Below, in pieces: positions 56,030 to 64,000 of a stretch of 64,000 nucleotides of DNA. Source of the DNA: an uncultured Candidatus Saccharibacteria bacterium (lineage in GTDB: Bacteria > Patescibacteriota > Minisyncoccia > Phycocordibacterales > DATDWN01). A program made the position numbers and the translations under genes. The stretch is taken from positions 19,648 to 83,647 of the forward strand of contig CAZKCA010000002.1 of NCBI GenBank assembly GCA_964551495.1. Reading direction: 5' to 3'. The number at the start of each line of letters is the position of its first letter. Position 1 is the first letter of the stretch. Below the pieces are notes generated by a model that was given only the letters and a program-made list of their open reading frames with translations, ran no database searches and was not told where the DNA came from.

Positions 56030-57238
56030 TTAAATTATAGTTTCCATTATTCCTCCTCCGAGACATTTTTCTCCTTGGTAGAATACAGCGGACTGACCTT
56101 TTGCTACTCCATTTTGGGGTTTTTCAAAAGAGATTTTATAACCTAATTCTAACTTTTCTACCTTACAATTTTGTTTTTCTTGTCTGTATCTTATCCTAAC
56201 CTGACAATTTAAAGGAAATTCTGGCTCTACCCCATCTATAAAATGAATATCTTTTATAAAAATCTCTTTTGTATTGAAAACTAAATCTAGCTGATTTTCT
56301 TTGTCTGCTACAGTTATAGTATTTTTTTCTAGGTCTTTTGACACAACAAAAAAACTTGGGTCATTTGGAGTCTTTTTGGTAATAGTAAATCCATGTCTTT
56401 GACCTATGGTATAAAACAGTGCCCCATCGTGAATCCCAACAACCTCTCCTTTGGAATTTAAAACATCTCCTTTTTTAGTTTCAATGAAGTGTTCAAGAAA
56501 ATCTTTCATATCTACTTTTCCAATAAAACAAAGTCCTTGGCTATCTTTTTTTGTGGCCGTAGGAAGACTAAACTTCTCTGCCAGTTTTCTAACTTCTGGT
56601 TTTGTTAAGTGTCCTACAGGGAAAAGTGTTTTTGAAAGCTGTTCTTGGTTTAAAGTGTAAAGAAAATAACTTTGATCTTTATTTTTATCATTTGATTCAT
56701 GAAGTTCAAACCTATAGTTTGATAAATCTTGTTGAGACAAGAGGTTTCTGAAACATTGCGAGCGCGACGGCGCGAACACGAGGAATTTTTCAGCAGAAAA
56801 ATATCCGTTTTCAGAAACCTCTTGAGGAGAAAGAGATTTATCAAATACCAAATTCTGAGCATAGTGTCCTGTGGCTATAAAATCAGCCCCCATCTCTTTG
56901 GCTTTATCTAGAAAAACTCCAAATTTTACATACTTATTACAAAAAACATCTGGATTTGGAGTCCTACCGGCTTTGTATTCAGAAATCATATAGTCAACTA
57001 CTTCTTTTTTATATTCCTTCTCACAATCAATAGTTAAAAATGGGACATCCAAAATGGCACAAACTCTCATAGCACTTCTCCTTTCTTCTTTCCAGTCACA
57101 AGGTAAAAACTCTGGATGCCAAACTTTTAGAAAAACCCCCATGACGTCAAAACCGGCTTCTTTAAGCAAAGCCAAAGAGACAGAAGAGTCCACTCCGCCT
57201 GATAGACCAACAAAAACCTTTGGCTTTCTATTTTCCAT
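56030..57238 (-). CDS. mnmA: tRNA 2-thiouridine(34) synthase MnmA, carrying a 40-aa in-frame insertion
   Basis: PP-loop VGLSGGVDSSV, catalytic-Cys regions, KDQSYFLYTL and the C-terminal GQSAVFYQGEKCLGGGII. Between GHYAQ and KDQSYFL there are about 58 aa where E. coli MnmA has about 20. Confidence 0.9.
   Translation of the reverse strand: MENRKPKVFVGLSGGVDSSVSLALLKEAGFDVMGVFLKVWHPEFLPCDWKEERRSAMRVCAILDVPFLTIDCEKEYKKEVVDYMISEYKAGRTPNPDVFCNKYVKFGVFLDKAKEMGADFIATGHYAQNLVFDKSLSPQEVSENGYFSAEKFLVFAPSRSQCFRNLLSQQDLSNYRFELHESNDKNKDQSYFLYTLNQEQLSKTLFPVGHLTKPEVRKLAEKFSLPTATKKDSQGLCFIGKVDMKDFLEHFIETKKGDVLNSKGEVVGIHDGALFYTIGQRHGFTITKKTPNDPSFFVVSKDLEKNTITVADKENQLDLVFNTKEIFIKDIHFIDGVEPEFPLNCQVRIRYRQEKQNCKVEKLELGYKISFEKPQNGVAKGQSAVFYQGEKCLGGGIMETII
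56722..56843 (+). repeat. nested-palindromic repeat element, family 1, copy E, inserted in frame inside mnmA
   Basis: Outer IR GATAAATC/GATTTATC and inner IR AGGTTTCTGAAA/TTTCAGAAACCT. Core GCGAGCGCGACGGCGCGAACACGAGGAATTTTTCAGCAGAAAAATA. The element is about 120 bp and translates (minus strand) to DKSLSPQEVSENGYFSAEKFLVFAPSRSQCFRNLLSQQDLS within MnmA. Confidence 0.8.
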
Positions 57239-57295
57239 TGCTGTATTTATAACACAAATCCATTACAAAACACATCCTAATCAAAAACATACACG

Positions 57296-57449
57296 AGAAA
57301 ACCATTCGCAGACTTTTGTTTAAGATAACAACAATTTTTTCTAGCCGTGAGCACTAACCCCTATGAAATAAGGGGCGACCGAAGGGAGTTTGCGGTAAGG
57401 CAGAAAAAATTGTGCTTTATCTTACAAAAGACGAGGACGGTTTTGGAGG
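57296..57449. repeat. nested-palindromic element, family 2, copy b (between mnmA 5' end and mltG)
   Basis: Terminal IR AAAACCATTCGCAGACTTTTG / CAAAAGACGAGGACGGTTTT, related to the termini of copy 2a. Inner IR TAAGATAA/TTATCTTA and hairpin CCCCT-ATGAAATA-AGGGG. Confidence 0.6.
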
Positions 57450-57464
57450 TATGTTTTTGATTTT

Positions 57465-58460
57465 TTAACTACTCAAATAAAGTTCTTTATTTCTCTTATG
57501 CTCATCAAAAGTTTTAGCGTAATACATAATACCATCATGACCTGTTAGAAAATATAAATAATTTGTTTTCTCTGGATTTAAAGCGGCCATTATAGAATCT
57601 AATCCAGGATTTGAGATAGGTGTAGGAGGAAGACCTTTGTATTTGTATGTATTATAAGGAGAATCTATTTGTAGATCATCCAAGGTTAAATCAAAAGTTG
57701 TTTTACCATTTACATAAATAAAAGCAGTATCAACCTGAAGTGGCATATTTATAGAAATTCTTTTCCATAAAATACCTGCAATGAGAGGTCTATCTTTTGG
57801 TTTGGCCTCACCTTCCAAAATCGAAGCCATTATTATTATCTCCTCTAAAGTTTTATCGCTATTTTTAAATTCATCTATTTTTGAAATTTTCAATTCAAAG
57901 TTTCTTTTCATTATTTCAACCAAATCTTTCTCTCTTATTGTTGGAGAAACAAAATAAGTATCAGGGAAAAGATATCCTTCATATTTTTTAGCAATATCTA
58001 AAAAATTATCCCTATCAAATCTTACTAAATTTTTCTCAAGATAATCAGCCATTTGATAAACATTCCAACCTTCAGGTATTGTTACCCTAACATCATCCAA
58101 TTCAAAAACACCGTTTATAAAACGCTCAGCCAAAAAGATGGCTCCTTGTTTTCTACTTATAAAATAATCCCCCGCTTTTATTTTATTTTCGCCTCCTCTT
58201 AAAATAGTATACGTTCTAAATATAAATTTAGATCTTATTAATCCATCTTCATACATCTGATTTGTTATTTGTTGCAAAGAATCCCCTGAATTAATAGTGA
58301 TTATTTGTTGTGTCTGAAAATTTGGACTACTTATAAAAATCCCGGAAAAAATATAAACAGACAAAAAAACCACACCAACTAAAATTGATTGAATCATTAT
58401 TTCCTTTTTGTTTTCCTTACAAAAGGAATGTATGTATTTCATTTTATCTTTTAAAAACAT
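57465..58460 (-). CDS. mltG: endolytic murein transglycosylase MltG (YceG family)
   Basis: N-terminal TM; C-terminal YLYFLTGHDGIMYYAKTFDEHKRN, matching the YceG family end motif. Confidence 0.8.
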   Translation of the reverse strand: MFLKDKMKYIHSFCKENKKEIMIQSILVGVVFLSVYIFSGIFISSPNFQTQQIITINSGDSLQQITNQMYEDGLIRSKFIFRTYTILRGGENKIKAGDYFISRKQGAIFLAERFINGVFELDDVRVTIPEGWNVYQMADYLEKNLVRFDRDNFLDIAKKYEGYLFPDTYFVSPTIREKDLVEIMKRNFELKISKIDEFKNSDKTLEEIIIMASILEGEAKPKDRPLIAGILWKRISINMPLQVDTAFIYVNGKTTFDLTLDDLQIDSPYNTYKYKGLPPTPISNPGLDSIMAALNPEKTNYLYFLTGHDGIMYYAKTFDEHKRNKELYLSS

Positions 58461-58472
58461 TGTTTTTATTTT

Positions 58473-59738
58473 TTACATAGGTAAATTAGAAGGGGCTTCA
58501 GATTTCTTTGAAGAAATCCTAGACAATGTTGGTGTTTGAGCAACATTACCAGGTATATGAAATATACTAGCCAATTCTTCTGTATTCAAAACAAAGAATT
58601 TTCTCCTGTGTTCATTCCAAAAATATCCTCTAGCTTTATAAGCATCCAGAAGAATTGATTTTTCTAAATCAATATCTGCTTTTGGCCTGTCTTTCCAAGG
58701 AAACCACTTTCTTTTTGGGGCTGGAATATTTGTTGGTTTAAACCCGTTTAAGTTAGAAGAATTGAAATGAGTAATACCCCCAACAACACCCCCAACATTA
58801 TCCATACTGAAAATATCCTTTGGAGCTGTGTAAACAACCCTAATACCAGTGTCAAAACCTACTTTAGAAATACTTCTCTCCAAAGCTTTTATTGTTTCAG
58901 TTTCTCCATCTGTTAAAAATCTTCCTGTACCTGGAACTGTTTTGCCTGTTTCTTTGTCTTTTTCACCTTTAGCTTTTTCTTGAATTTTTTTGATGGCCTC
59001 TTCAGCAGCTTTTTTCCATCTAAGATCAACCATCTTTACTTCTCCAGTTTCTTTATTTTTCTCTTTATCCTCTGCTTTATGAGCTCTAACGATTATTTGA
59101 ACCCATGCTTGATGACCCTGACCCAAAGAACCCATAAATTCTAAAAGAGGTGTTAATGGATCTATTTTATATTCTTCTTTTGGATCCTTATCTAAACCAT
59201 AATCAACATAGGTTTTTATAGGGTAAGCATCTTCTTTGGTAAGCTCGAACTCACAGGCCCACAATCCAGTTTTTTCTGGATCATAACTAACAGGTAAAGT
59301 GTAGTCTGGCACTTCATATATTTCTATACCTGGATATTGTGAATAAAGTCTTGATTCTATTAAATTTTTATAACCTTTTTTGGTATAAACAAAAAAGTGC
59401 ACAGCTCCACCAATGGAAACAATTTCCAAAGAAAAATGTGCTCTAACTGACCCCTGCCAATACTTTTGATACCAATTTGCCTCTCCAAAAGTCTGGTATA
59501 GACTTTCTAAAAAGAATTCCATGGCTTTGGGAGATTTAAAAACATCTTTAGGTATTTTTATTTCCAACAAAATATAACTTTGTTTAGCCAAAAACTGAGA
59601 TCTTCTATATGTTATCCAGAGATCCCAAACTAGATAAAAGAAAAACACTGGCAGCCAAAAGAATGAGGTAAAATAAAGAATTCTTAAAACTGTTTGAACG
59701 GTTTCTAAATTTAAAATATTTGAATAAATTTCAAACAT
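58473..59738 (-). CDS. hypothetical membrane-anchored protein
   Basis: 421 aa with N-terminal TM VLRILYFTSFFWLPVFFFYLVW and a charged coiled-coil-like central region. No family recognised. Confidence 0.45.
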   Translation of the reverse strand: MFEIYSNILNLETVQTVLRILYFTSFFWLPVFFFYLVWDLWITYRRSQFLAKQSYILLEIKIPKDVFKSPKAMEFFLESLYQTFGEANWYQKYWQGSVRAHFSLEIVSIGGAVHFFVYTKKGYKNLIESRLYSQYPGIEIYEVPDYTLPVSYDPEKTGLWACEFELTKEDAYPIKTYVDYGLDKDPKEEYKIDPLTPLLEFMGSLGQGHQAWVQIIVRAHKAEDKEKNKETGEVKMVDLRWKKAAEEAIKKIQEKAKGEKDKETGKTVPGTGRFLTDGETETIKALERSISKVGFDTGIRVVYTAPKDIFSMDNVGGVVGGITHFNSSNLNGFKPTNIPAPKRKWFPWKDRPKADIDLEKSILLDAYKARGYFWNEHRRKFFVLNTEELASIFHIPGNVAQTPTLSRISSKKSEAPSNLPM

Positions 59739-59773
59739 ATGTGTTTATATAATTATACAAAATAATAAACAAA

Positions 59774-59795
59774 AAACCACCCGAAGGTGGTCTTT
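59774..59795. terminator. hairpin terminator
   Basis: AAAACCACC-CGAA-GGTGGTCTTTTGTTT. Confidence 0.55.
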
Positions 59796-59798
59796 TGT

Positions 59799-60917
59799 TT
59801 AAACTAGAGTATATTTACCGTCTTTTAATTTTTTAAATACTTTTGAATTTTGAAGATTGACCATAATAGTATTCTCTTTAACATATCTCTCTTTCAAAAC
59901 TTTTTCGACAATTTCTTCTTTTGTTAAAGGTCCATTTTTCTTTAATATATCCTTTATAACATCTTTAACAACACCAGACATATAGCCCCACTCTGCAAGA
60001 GCGTAAAGACCTCTTCCCACCAAAACAAAACGAGGGTCTTTAATCAACTCATTGTGGGTAGTAGCAACATGAGCTTTTTTCTTAAATATTTCAGTAATTA
60101 ATTTAGCAACTTCTTTAAAGTGTATAGGGGAACCATGTCTTCTTATCACTAGGTAAGAATAATCTCTCATTCCCTTAGCATTGATATTTGGAGAAGTCGA
60201 TTTACCCCATTCACCAAGAGGATTTTTACCTATAAGTTTTGACAAAGCCAACCATCTTTTAGCAACTTCTTCTGTTTTGTATTTTTCAGAAACATCTTTT
60301 AGGTGTTCTAAAAACTTCTCTATCATATCTGATTCAAGCATTATCTCGTCATCAGACAAAGTTGAATAAAGAGTTTTTATTGCCTCATGAATTTTTTTTG
60401 AAAGATCCTTATCTACATGCCATCTATGTTTGAATTCTGCATCTTCTTTTTCTTTGAAGAAAGCGTCTCCTACAACAAAAAGAAAATGAACATGATTTTG
60501 AGTAGATTTGTTTTTTGATATATAACTCAAAAGATCTTCTTCAGAAATTACAACACCCAAATCATGAATTAAATTTTTTAATTCTTCAAATACAGATTTC
60601 TCCTTTTCGTATTCTTTTGACTTTCTAATGTTGGTTATAGAATAATTTTCTATTTGTCTTATTCTTTCTCTGGTAATTTTGTATTTTTTACCAATAGACT
60701 CTAAGGTCATTCTTTTTGGATCACTGCCCAAACCAAAACGACCGATTATAACATCTCTTGACCTAGGAGAAAGCACAGAAAGAAGTCTTTTGGTTACTTG
60801 CTCTGGTTTAAAATTTATAGGTAATTTTTCACTCATAATTTTAATTTTTTTAATTAAGTTGCTTTTGAAGGACAACGAATGTTTACTATTTTTATCATTA
60901 TTATCAAATATAGTCAA
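59799..60917 (-). CDS. DNA-binding protein with N-terminal sigma-70 region-4-like HTH and C-terminal HARE-HTH-like domain
   Basis: VIIGRFGLGSDPKRMTLESIGKKYKITRERIRQIENYSI resembles sigma70 region 4. C-terminal FVLVGRGLYALAEWGY resembles HARE-HTH (RNAP delta-like). True start possibly at the internal MSEKLPI. Confidence 0.45.
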   Translation of the reverse strand: MTIFDNNDKNSKHSLSFKSNLIKKIKIMSEKLPINFKPEQVTKRLLSVLSPRSRDVIIGRFGLGSDPKRMTLESIGKKYKITRERIRQIENYSITNIRKSKEYEKEKSVFEELKNLIHDLGVVISEEDLLSYISKNKSTQNHVHFLFVVGDAFFKEKEDAEFKHRWHVDKDLSKKIHEAIKTLYSTLSDDEIMLESDMIEKFLEHLKDVSEKYKTEEVAKRWLALSKLIGKNPLGEWGKSTSPNINAKGMRDYSYLVIRRHGSPIHFKEVAKLITEIFKKKAHVATTHNELIKDPRFVLVGRGLYALAEWGYMSGVVKDVIKDILKKNGPLTKEEIVEKVLKERYVKENTIMVNLQNSKVFKKLKDGKYTLV

Positions 60918-60926
60918 GTGGAAAAA

Positions 60927-63335
60927 TTAGACCACAACAAAATTGATTAATTTGTCTGGAATATGAACTATTTTAATGATTTTCTTGCCATCTAGCCATT
61001 TTGAAACCTCTGTTATACTCTTGACCAAATCTTCCAATTTAGCTTGCTCCATACCCTTTTCTGTCTCAAAAGTAGTCCTTACTTTACCATTAACTTGAAC
61101 AACTAAAGAGACAACTGAAACCTCCATTTTCTTTTTATCTGCAACTGGCCACTTTTCAAAAATTATAGATTTTTTATTACCTAATTTACCCCATAATTCC
61201 TCGGCCAAATGAGGAACAAAAGGAGAAAGGATTCTCAAAAACATTTCAAAATCTTTTTTAGATATGAATTTATGTTTTTCTAAATCATTAATAAATATCA
61301 TCATAGAAGATATTGCTGTATTAAATGACATTGACTCTATATCTTTTGAAACTTTATCTATAGTTTGATGCAATAATGTTTCTATTTCTTTTGGTGTTTT
61401 AGATTTAAAATCATATGTTTGTCCTATCTTGTAAACCCTTTCAATAAACCTTCTAACACCTATTATATTTTCATCAGCCCAAGAAATAGACTGATCAAAA
61501 GGCCCCATAAACATCTGATAAAGCCTTAGAGTGTCTGCACCATAAGTTTTTACTATGGTATCTGGATTTATAACATTACCCTTTGACTTGGACATCTTTT
61601 CCCCACCTTCAGCCAAAATCATTCCATGGGCAGTTCTCTTTTTGTAAGGTTCTTTTGTTGGAACAAGTTTCAAATCATATAAAAATTTGTGCCAAAATCT
61701 TGAATACAATAAGTGAAGGGTTGTGTGTTCCATTCCCCCGTTATACCAATCAACAGGAGTAAAGTATTTCAACGCTTTTGGATCGGCAAACTTTTTGGAA
61801 TTCATTGGATCTGCATATCTCAAATAATACCAAGAAGAACCGGCCCATTGTGGCATAGTGTCTGTTTCTCTTTTTGCTTTTCCTCCGCACTTTGGACATT
61901 TTACATTGACCCATTTGTCTATATTTGCCAAAGGAGATTCGCCTGTATCTGTTGGTTCATATTTATCTACTTTTGGAAGTTTTACTGGCAAATCTTTTTC
62001 TGCGACAGGCACGGTCCCACATTTATCACAGTGAATAAGAGGAATAGGTTCTCCCCAATATCTCTGCCTTGAAAAAACCCAATCACGAAGCTTAAACTTT
62101 GTAACCCACTTACCTCCTACAAATTTTGTAATGTCTTTTTTAACTTCTAGAGAATCTCTTCCGTTAAATTTTTCTGAATTAATCAATTTTCCTTGATCTG
62201 TATAAGCAGAATCCTTAACTCCGCCTTCAGAATTTATAACTTCCTTTATGGACAAATTATATTTTCTAGCAAATTCAAAATCTCTCTGGTCATGAGCAGG
62301 CACAGCCATAACAACTCCTGTTCCATAGTGGGCCAAAACATAGTCAGCAACCCATATAGGAATCTCCTCTCCATTTGCTGGATTTATAGCTTTTATTCCT
62401 TTCATTTCTACACCTGTTTTTTCTTTTCCTTCTGCTGTTCTTTCTATATCATCTTTTTTCTTGGCGTCTGAAACATACCTTGAAACTTCTTCAAAATTTT
62501 CTACTTTGTCTTTCAACTTTTCTACAAGCTCGTGCTCAGGAGAAAGGACTACATAGGTAGCACCAAAAATAGTATCTGGCCTTGTTGTAAAAACTTTAAT
62601 TTTTTCTTTGCTGTCTTTCATTTGAAAATCTATCTCTGCTCCTTCAGATTTTCCTATCCAATTTCTCTGACCAATTTTTATTCTTTCCAAATAATCAACA
62701 TCATCCAAGTCTTTGTCTAATCTCTCTGCATATTTTGTAATAGCAAGCATCCATTGTTCTTTTTCTCTTTTTTCCACTGGAGTACCGCACCTTTCGCAAC
62801 AACCATTTATAACTTCCTCATTTGCTAAACCTATCTTATCTTTTGGACACCAATTTATGGTCATTTTCTTTTTGTAAGCCAAACCTTTTTTATACATCTG
62901 CAAGAAAATCCATTGTGTCCATTTGTAATATTTTGGATCTGTAGTATTTATCTCCCTATCCCAATCAAAAGAAAAACCAATTGACTTTAATTGTCTTCTA
63001 AAATTATCTGTATTTCTTTTTGTTACAACTTCCGGAGGAGTACTTGTTTTTATGGCATAGTTTTCTGTAGGCAAACCAAAAGCATCCCAACCAATAGGAT
63101 ACAAAACATTAAACCCTTCCATCCTTCTCTTTCTAGAAATAATGTCCATAGCGGTGTTGCTTCTAACATGCCCGACATGTAGTCCTTCTCCAGATGGATA
63201 TGGAAATTCTATTAGAGAATAGAATTTTTTCTTTTTGGAATCTAATTTGGTTTTAAAAGTTTTGTTTTTGTCCCAAAATTTCTGCCATTTAGACTCTATT
63301 TTCGAGTGATCGTATTGATTCATACATGCAATCAT
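60927..63335 (-). CDS. leuS: leucyl-tRNA synthetase
   Basis: PYPSGEGLHVGHVRSNT (HIGH) and KMSKSKGN (KMSKS); 802 aa with CP1 editing domain. Confidence 0.95.
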   Translation of the reverse strand: MIACMNQYDHSKIESKWQKFWDKNKTFKTKLDSKKKKFYSLIEFPYPSGEGLHVGHVRSNTAMDIISRKRRMEGFNVLYPIGWDAFGLPTENYAIKTSTPPEVVTKRNTDNFRRQLKSIGFSFDWDREINTTDPKYYKWTQWIFLQMYKKGLAYKKKMTINWCPKDKIGLANEEVINGCCERCGTPVEKREKEQWMLAITKYAERLDKDLDDVDYLERIKIGQRNWIGKSEGAEIDFQMKDSKEKIKVFTTRPDTIFGATYVVLSPEHELVEKLKDKVENFEEVSRYVSDAKKKDDIERTAEGKEKTGVEMKGIKAINPANGEEIPIWVADYVLAHYGTGVVMAVPAHDQRDFEFARKYNLSIKEVINSEGGVKDSAYTDQGKLINSEKFNGRDSLEVKKDITKFVGGKWVTKFKLRDWVFSRQRYWGEPIPLIHCDKCGTVPVAEKDLPVKLPKVDKYEPTDTGESPLANIDKWVNVKCPKCGGKAKRETDTMPQWAGSSWYYLRYADPMNSKKFADPKALKYFTPVDWYNGGMEHTTLHLLYSRFWHKFLYDLKLVPTKEPYKKRTAHGMILAEGGEKMSKSKGNVINPDTIVKTYGADTLRLYQMFMGPFDQSISWADENIIGVRRFIERVYKIGQTYDFKSKTPKEIETLLHQTIDKVSKDIESMSFNTAISSMMIFINDLEKHKFISKKDFEMFLRILSPFVPHLAEELWGKLGNKKSIIFEKWPVADKKKMEVSVVSLVVQVNGKVRTTFETEKGMEQAKLEDLVKSITEVSKWLDGKKIIKIVHIPDKLINFVVV

Positions 63336-63339
63336 ACTA

Positions 63340-63372
63340 AAAAACCGCCCTTTTGGAAAGGCGGCTTTTTAG
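63340..63372. terminator. hairpin terminator between the upstream membrane-protein gene and leuS
   Basis: AAAACCGCCCTTTTGGAAAGGCGGCTTTTT. Confidence 0.55.
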
Positions 63373-63375
63373 TAT

Positions 63376-64000
63376 TTATCTTACGCTTGGTTTATATATT
63401 TGTTCATTTATAACATAAGTAAAACATGATCTACCTTCTTTATATGACCAATCTGAAGGAGTTGTGTAATTGTATTTTGGATCTATATAAGACCTACTGT
63501 ATGGATTGTTTTTTCCAGAATCAAAATTAAAATCAGCACAAATCTCAAATGAATTTGGAGATGCTACACTGTATTCGTAAGGTTTTTTACTATCAGGTTG
63601 ATTTAAATCAAAGTAACCATCCTGACCAGCAACTTCTGACAAATTTTGTGGCAGATTTCCATTTATCTGCCAAAATGATACAACTGAAGATTGTAATTGT
63701 TGAATATCATTTATTTTTTCTTGATCATAATTTTTTAACCTTTGACTTCTAGGTGAGCCGATAATTACAAAACCCAATACGATAGATAAAAGAATTATAA
63801 GTGAAGCGGACAAAAGCCAGACTTTCTTTGACCTTGAAGTCAGTATATTTCTTGCATCTGAAATATAATAACCAAAAACCAAAATTGAAATAGCAAAAAC
63901 AGAAAAGAATTTAAGTAAAAATCCTGTAGTTAAATCTCTACCGTCTAGAAAATAGTAAAGCACTGTAACTAAACTTCCAGCCACAACTAGACCTGATACA
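63376..64000 (-). CDS. hypothetical membrane protein (ORF continues past the window end)
   Basis: The ORF is open to the window edge. Two TM helices, then a Tyr/Asn/Ser-rich extracytoplasmic domain. Confidence 0.4.
   Translation of the reverse strand, partial: VSGLVVAGSLVTVLYYFLDGRDLTTGFLLKFFSVFAISILVFGYYISDARNILTSRSKKVWLLSASLIILLSIVLGFVIIGSPRSQRLKNYDQEKINDIQQLQSSVVSFWQINGNLPQNLSEVAGQDGYFDLNQPDSKKPYEYSVASPNSFEICADFNFDSGKNNPYSRSYIDPKYNYTTPSDWSYKEGRSCFTYVINEQIYKPSVR

Noticed and set aside
1-64000. CRISPR arrays, rRNA genes, tRNA genes, transposase or integrase genes
   Set aside because: No direct-repeat/spacer periodicity, no rRNA-like conserved stretches and no cloverleaf candidates were seen. 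No ORF has recombinase or transposase motifs. The palindromic elements therefore look non-autonomous.

Overview
This is an AT-rich (about 30% GC) window that is almost fully coding. It appears to come from a small-genome bacterium with a reduced gene repertoire; short AlaRS and AspRS, many membrane-anchored hypothetical proteins and a giant adhesin-like surface protein give it a Patescibacteria/CPR-like flavour, but the lineage cannot be proven from sequence alone.

Housekeeping content is as follows.
- Start of window to 6.5 kb: partial dnaB, cysS, corA, ctpA, rplI and rpmA.
- 6.5 to 19 kb: an ABC-permease/ATPase/HlyD efflux operon with a downstream MarR; trhO, plsC, three SAM methyltransferases, an orphan sensor kinase, an S9 prolyl oligopeptidase and trpS.
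- 19 to 31 kb: aspS, scpA/scpB, a DacA-like carboxypeptidase, asnB, mraY-ftsW-murG, gltX and an EnvC-like M23 peptidase.
- 33 to 38 kb: a 1073-aa secreted Ig-repeat/PA14/InlB-B-repeat surface protein, with a lysozyme-like gene next to it.
- 39 to 48.7 kb: dnaJ, dnaK, grpE and the block rpsI-rplM-rplQ-rpoA-rpsD-rpsK-rpsM-rpmJ-infA.
- 48.8 kb to end of window: an FtsA/PilM-like ATPase, alaS, a family-4 UDG, an HD hydrolase, an ATP-cone/Mrr-type nuclease fusion, mnmA, mltG and leuS.

No rRNA, tRNA or CRISPR was recognised.

Three kinds of signal stand out above this background.
1. A 15-codon proline-rich sORF (MTDKPPHLPRPRPTK) has residues 2-13 matching, from memory, 10 of 12 N-terminal residues of the insect ribosome-targeting peptide oncocin. 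It has a perfect SD, and a strong terminator hairpin ends 4 bp before the start codon of the S9 prolyl oligopeptidase gene.
2. A family of about 125-bp nested-palindromic repeats has five copies plus two related copies. They bracket dnaK, sit upstream of grpE and alaS, and one is inserted in frame (120 bp, 40 codons) inside mnmA.
3. A series of GC-anomalous (45-60% GC) self-contained mini-genes, each with its own promoter-like sequence, SD and terminator. They include an OMP-type beta-barrel-like protein, a Cys-rich zinc-ribbon protein with an acidic tail, a 196-aa unknown protein, a 70-aa unknown protein, and a cassette of two tandem tiny hydrophobic peptides.
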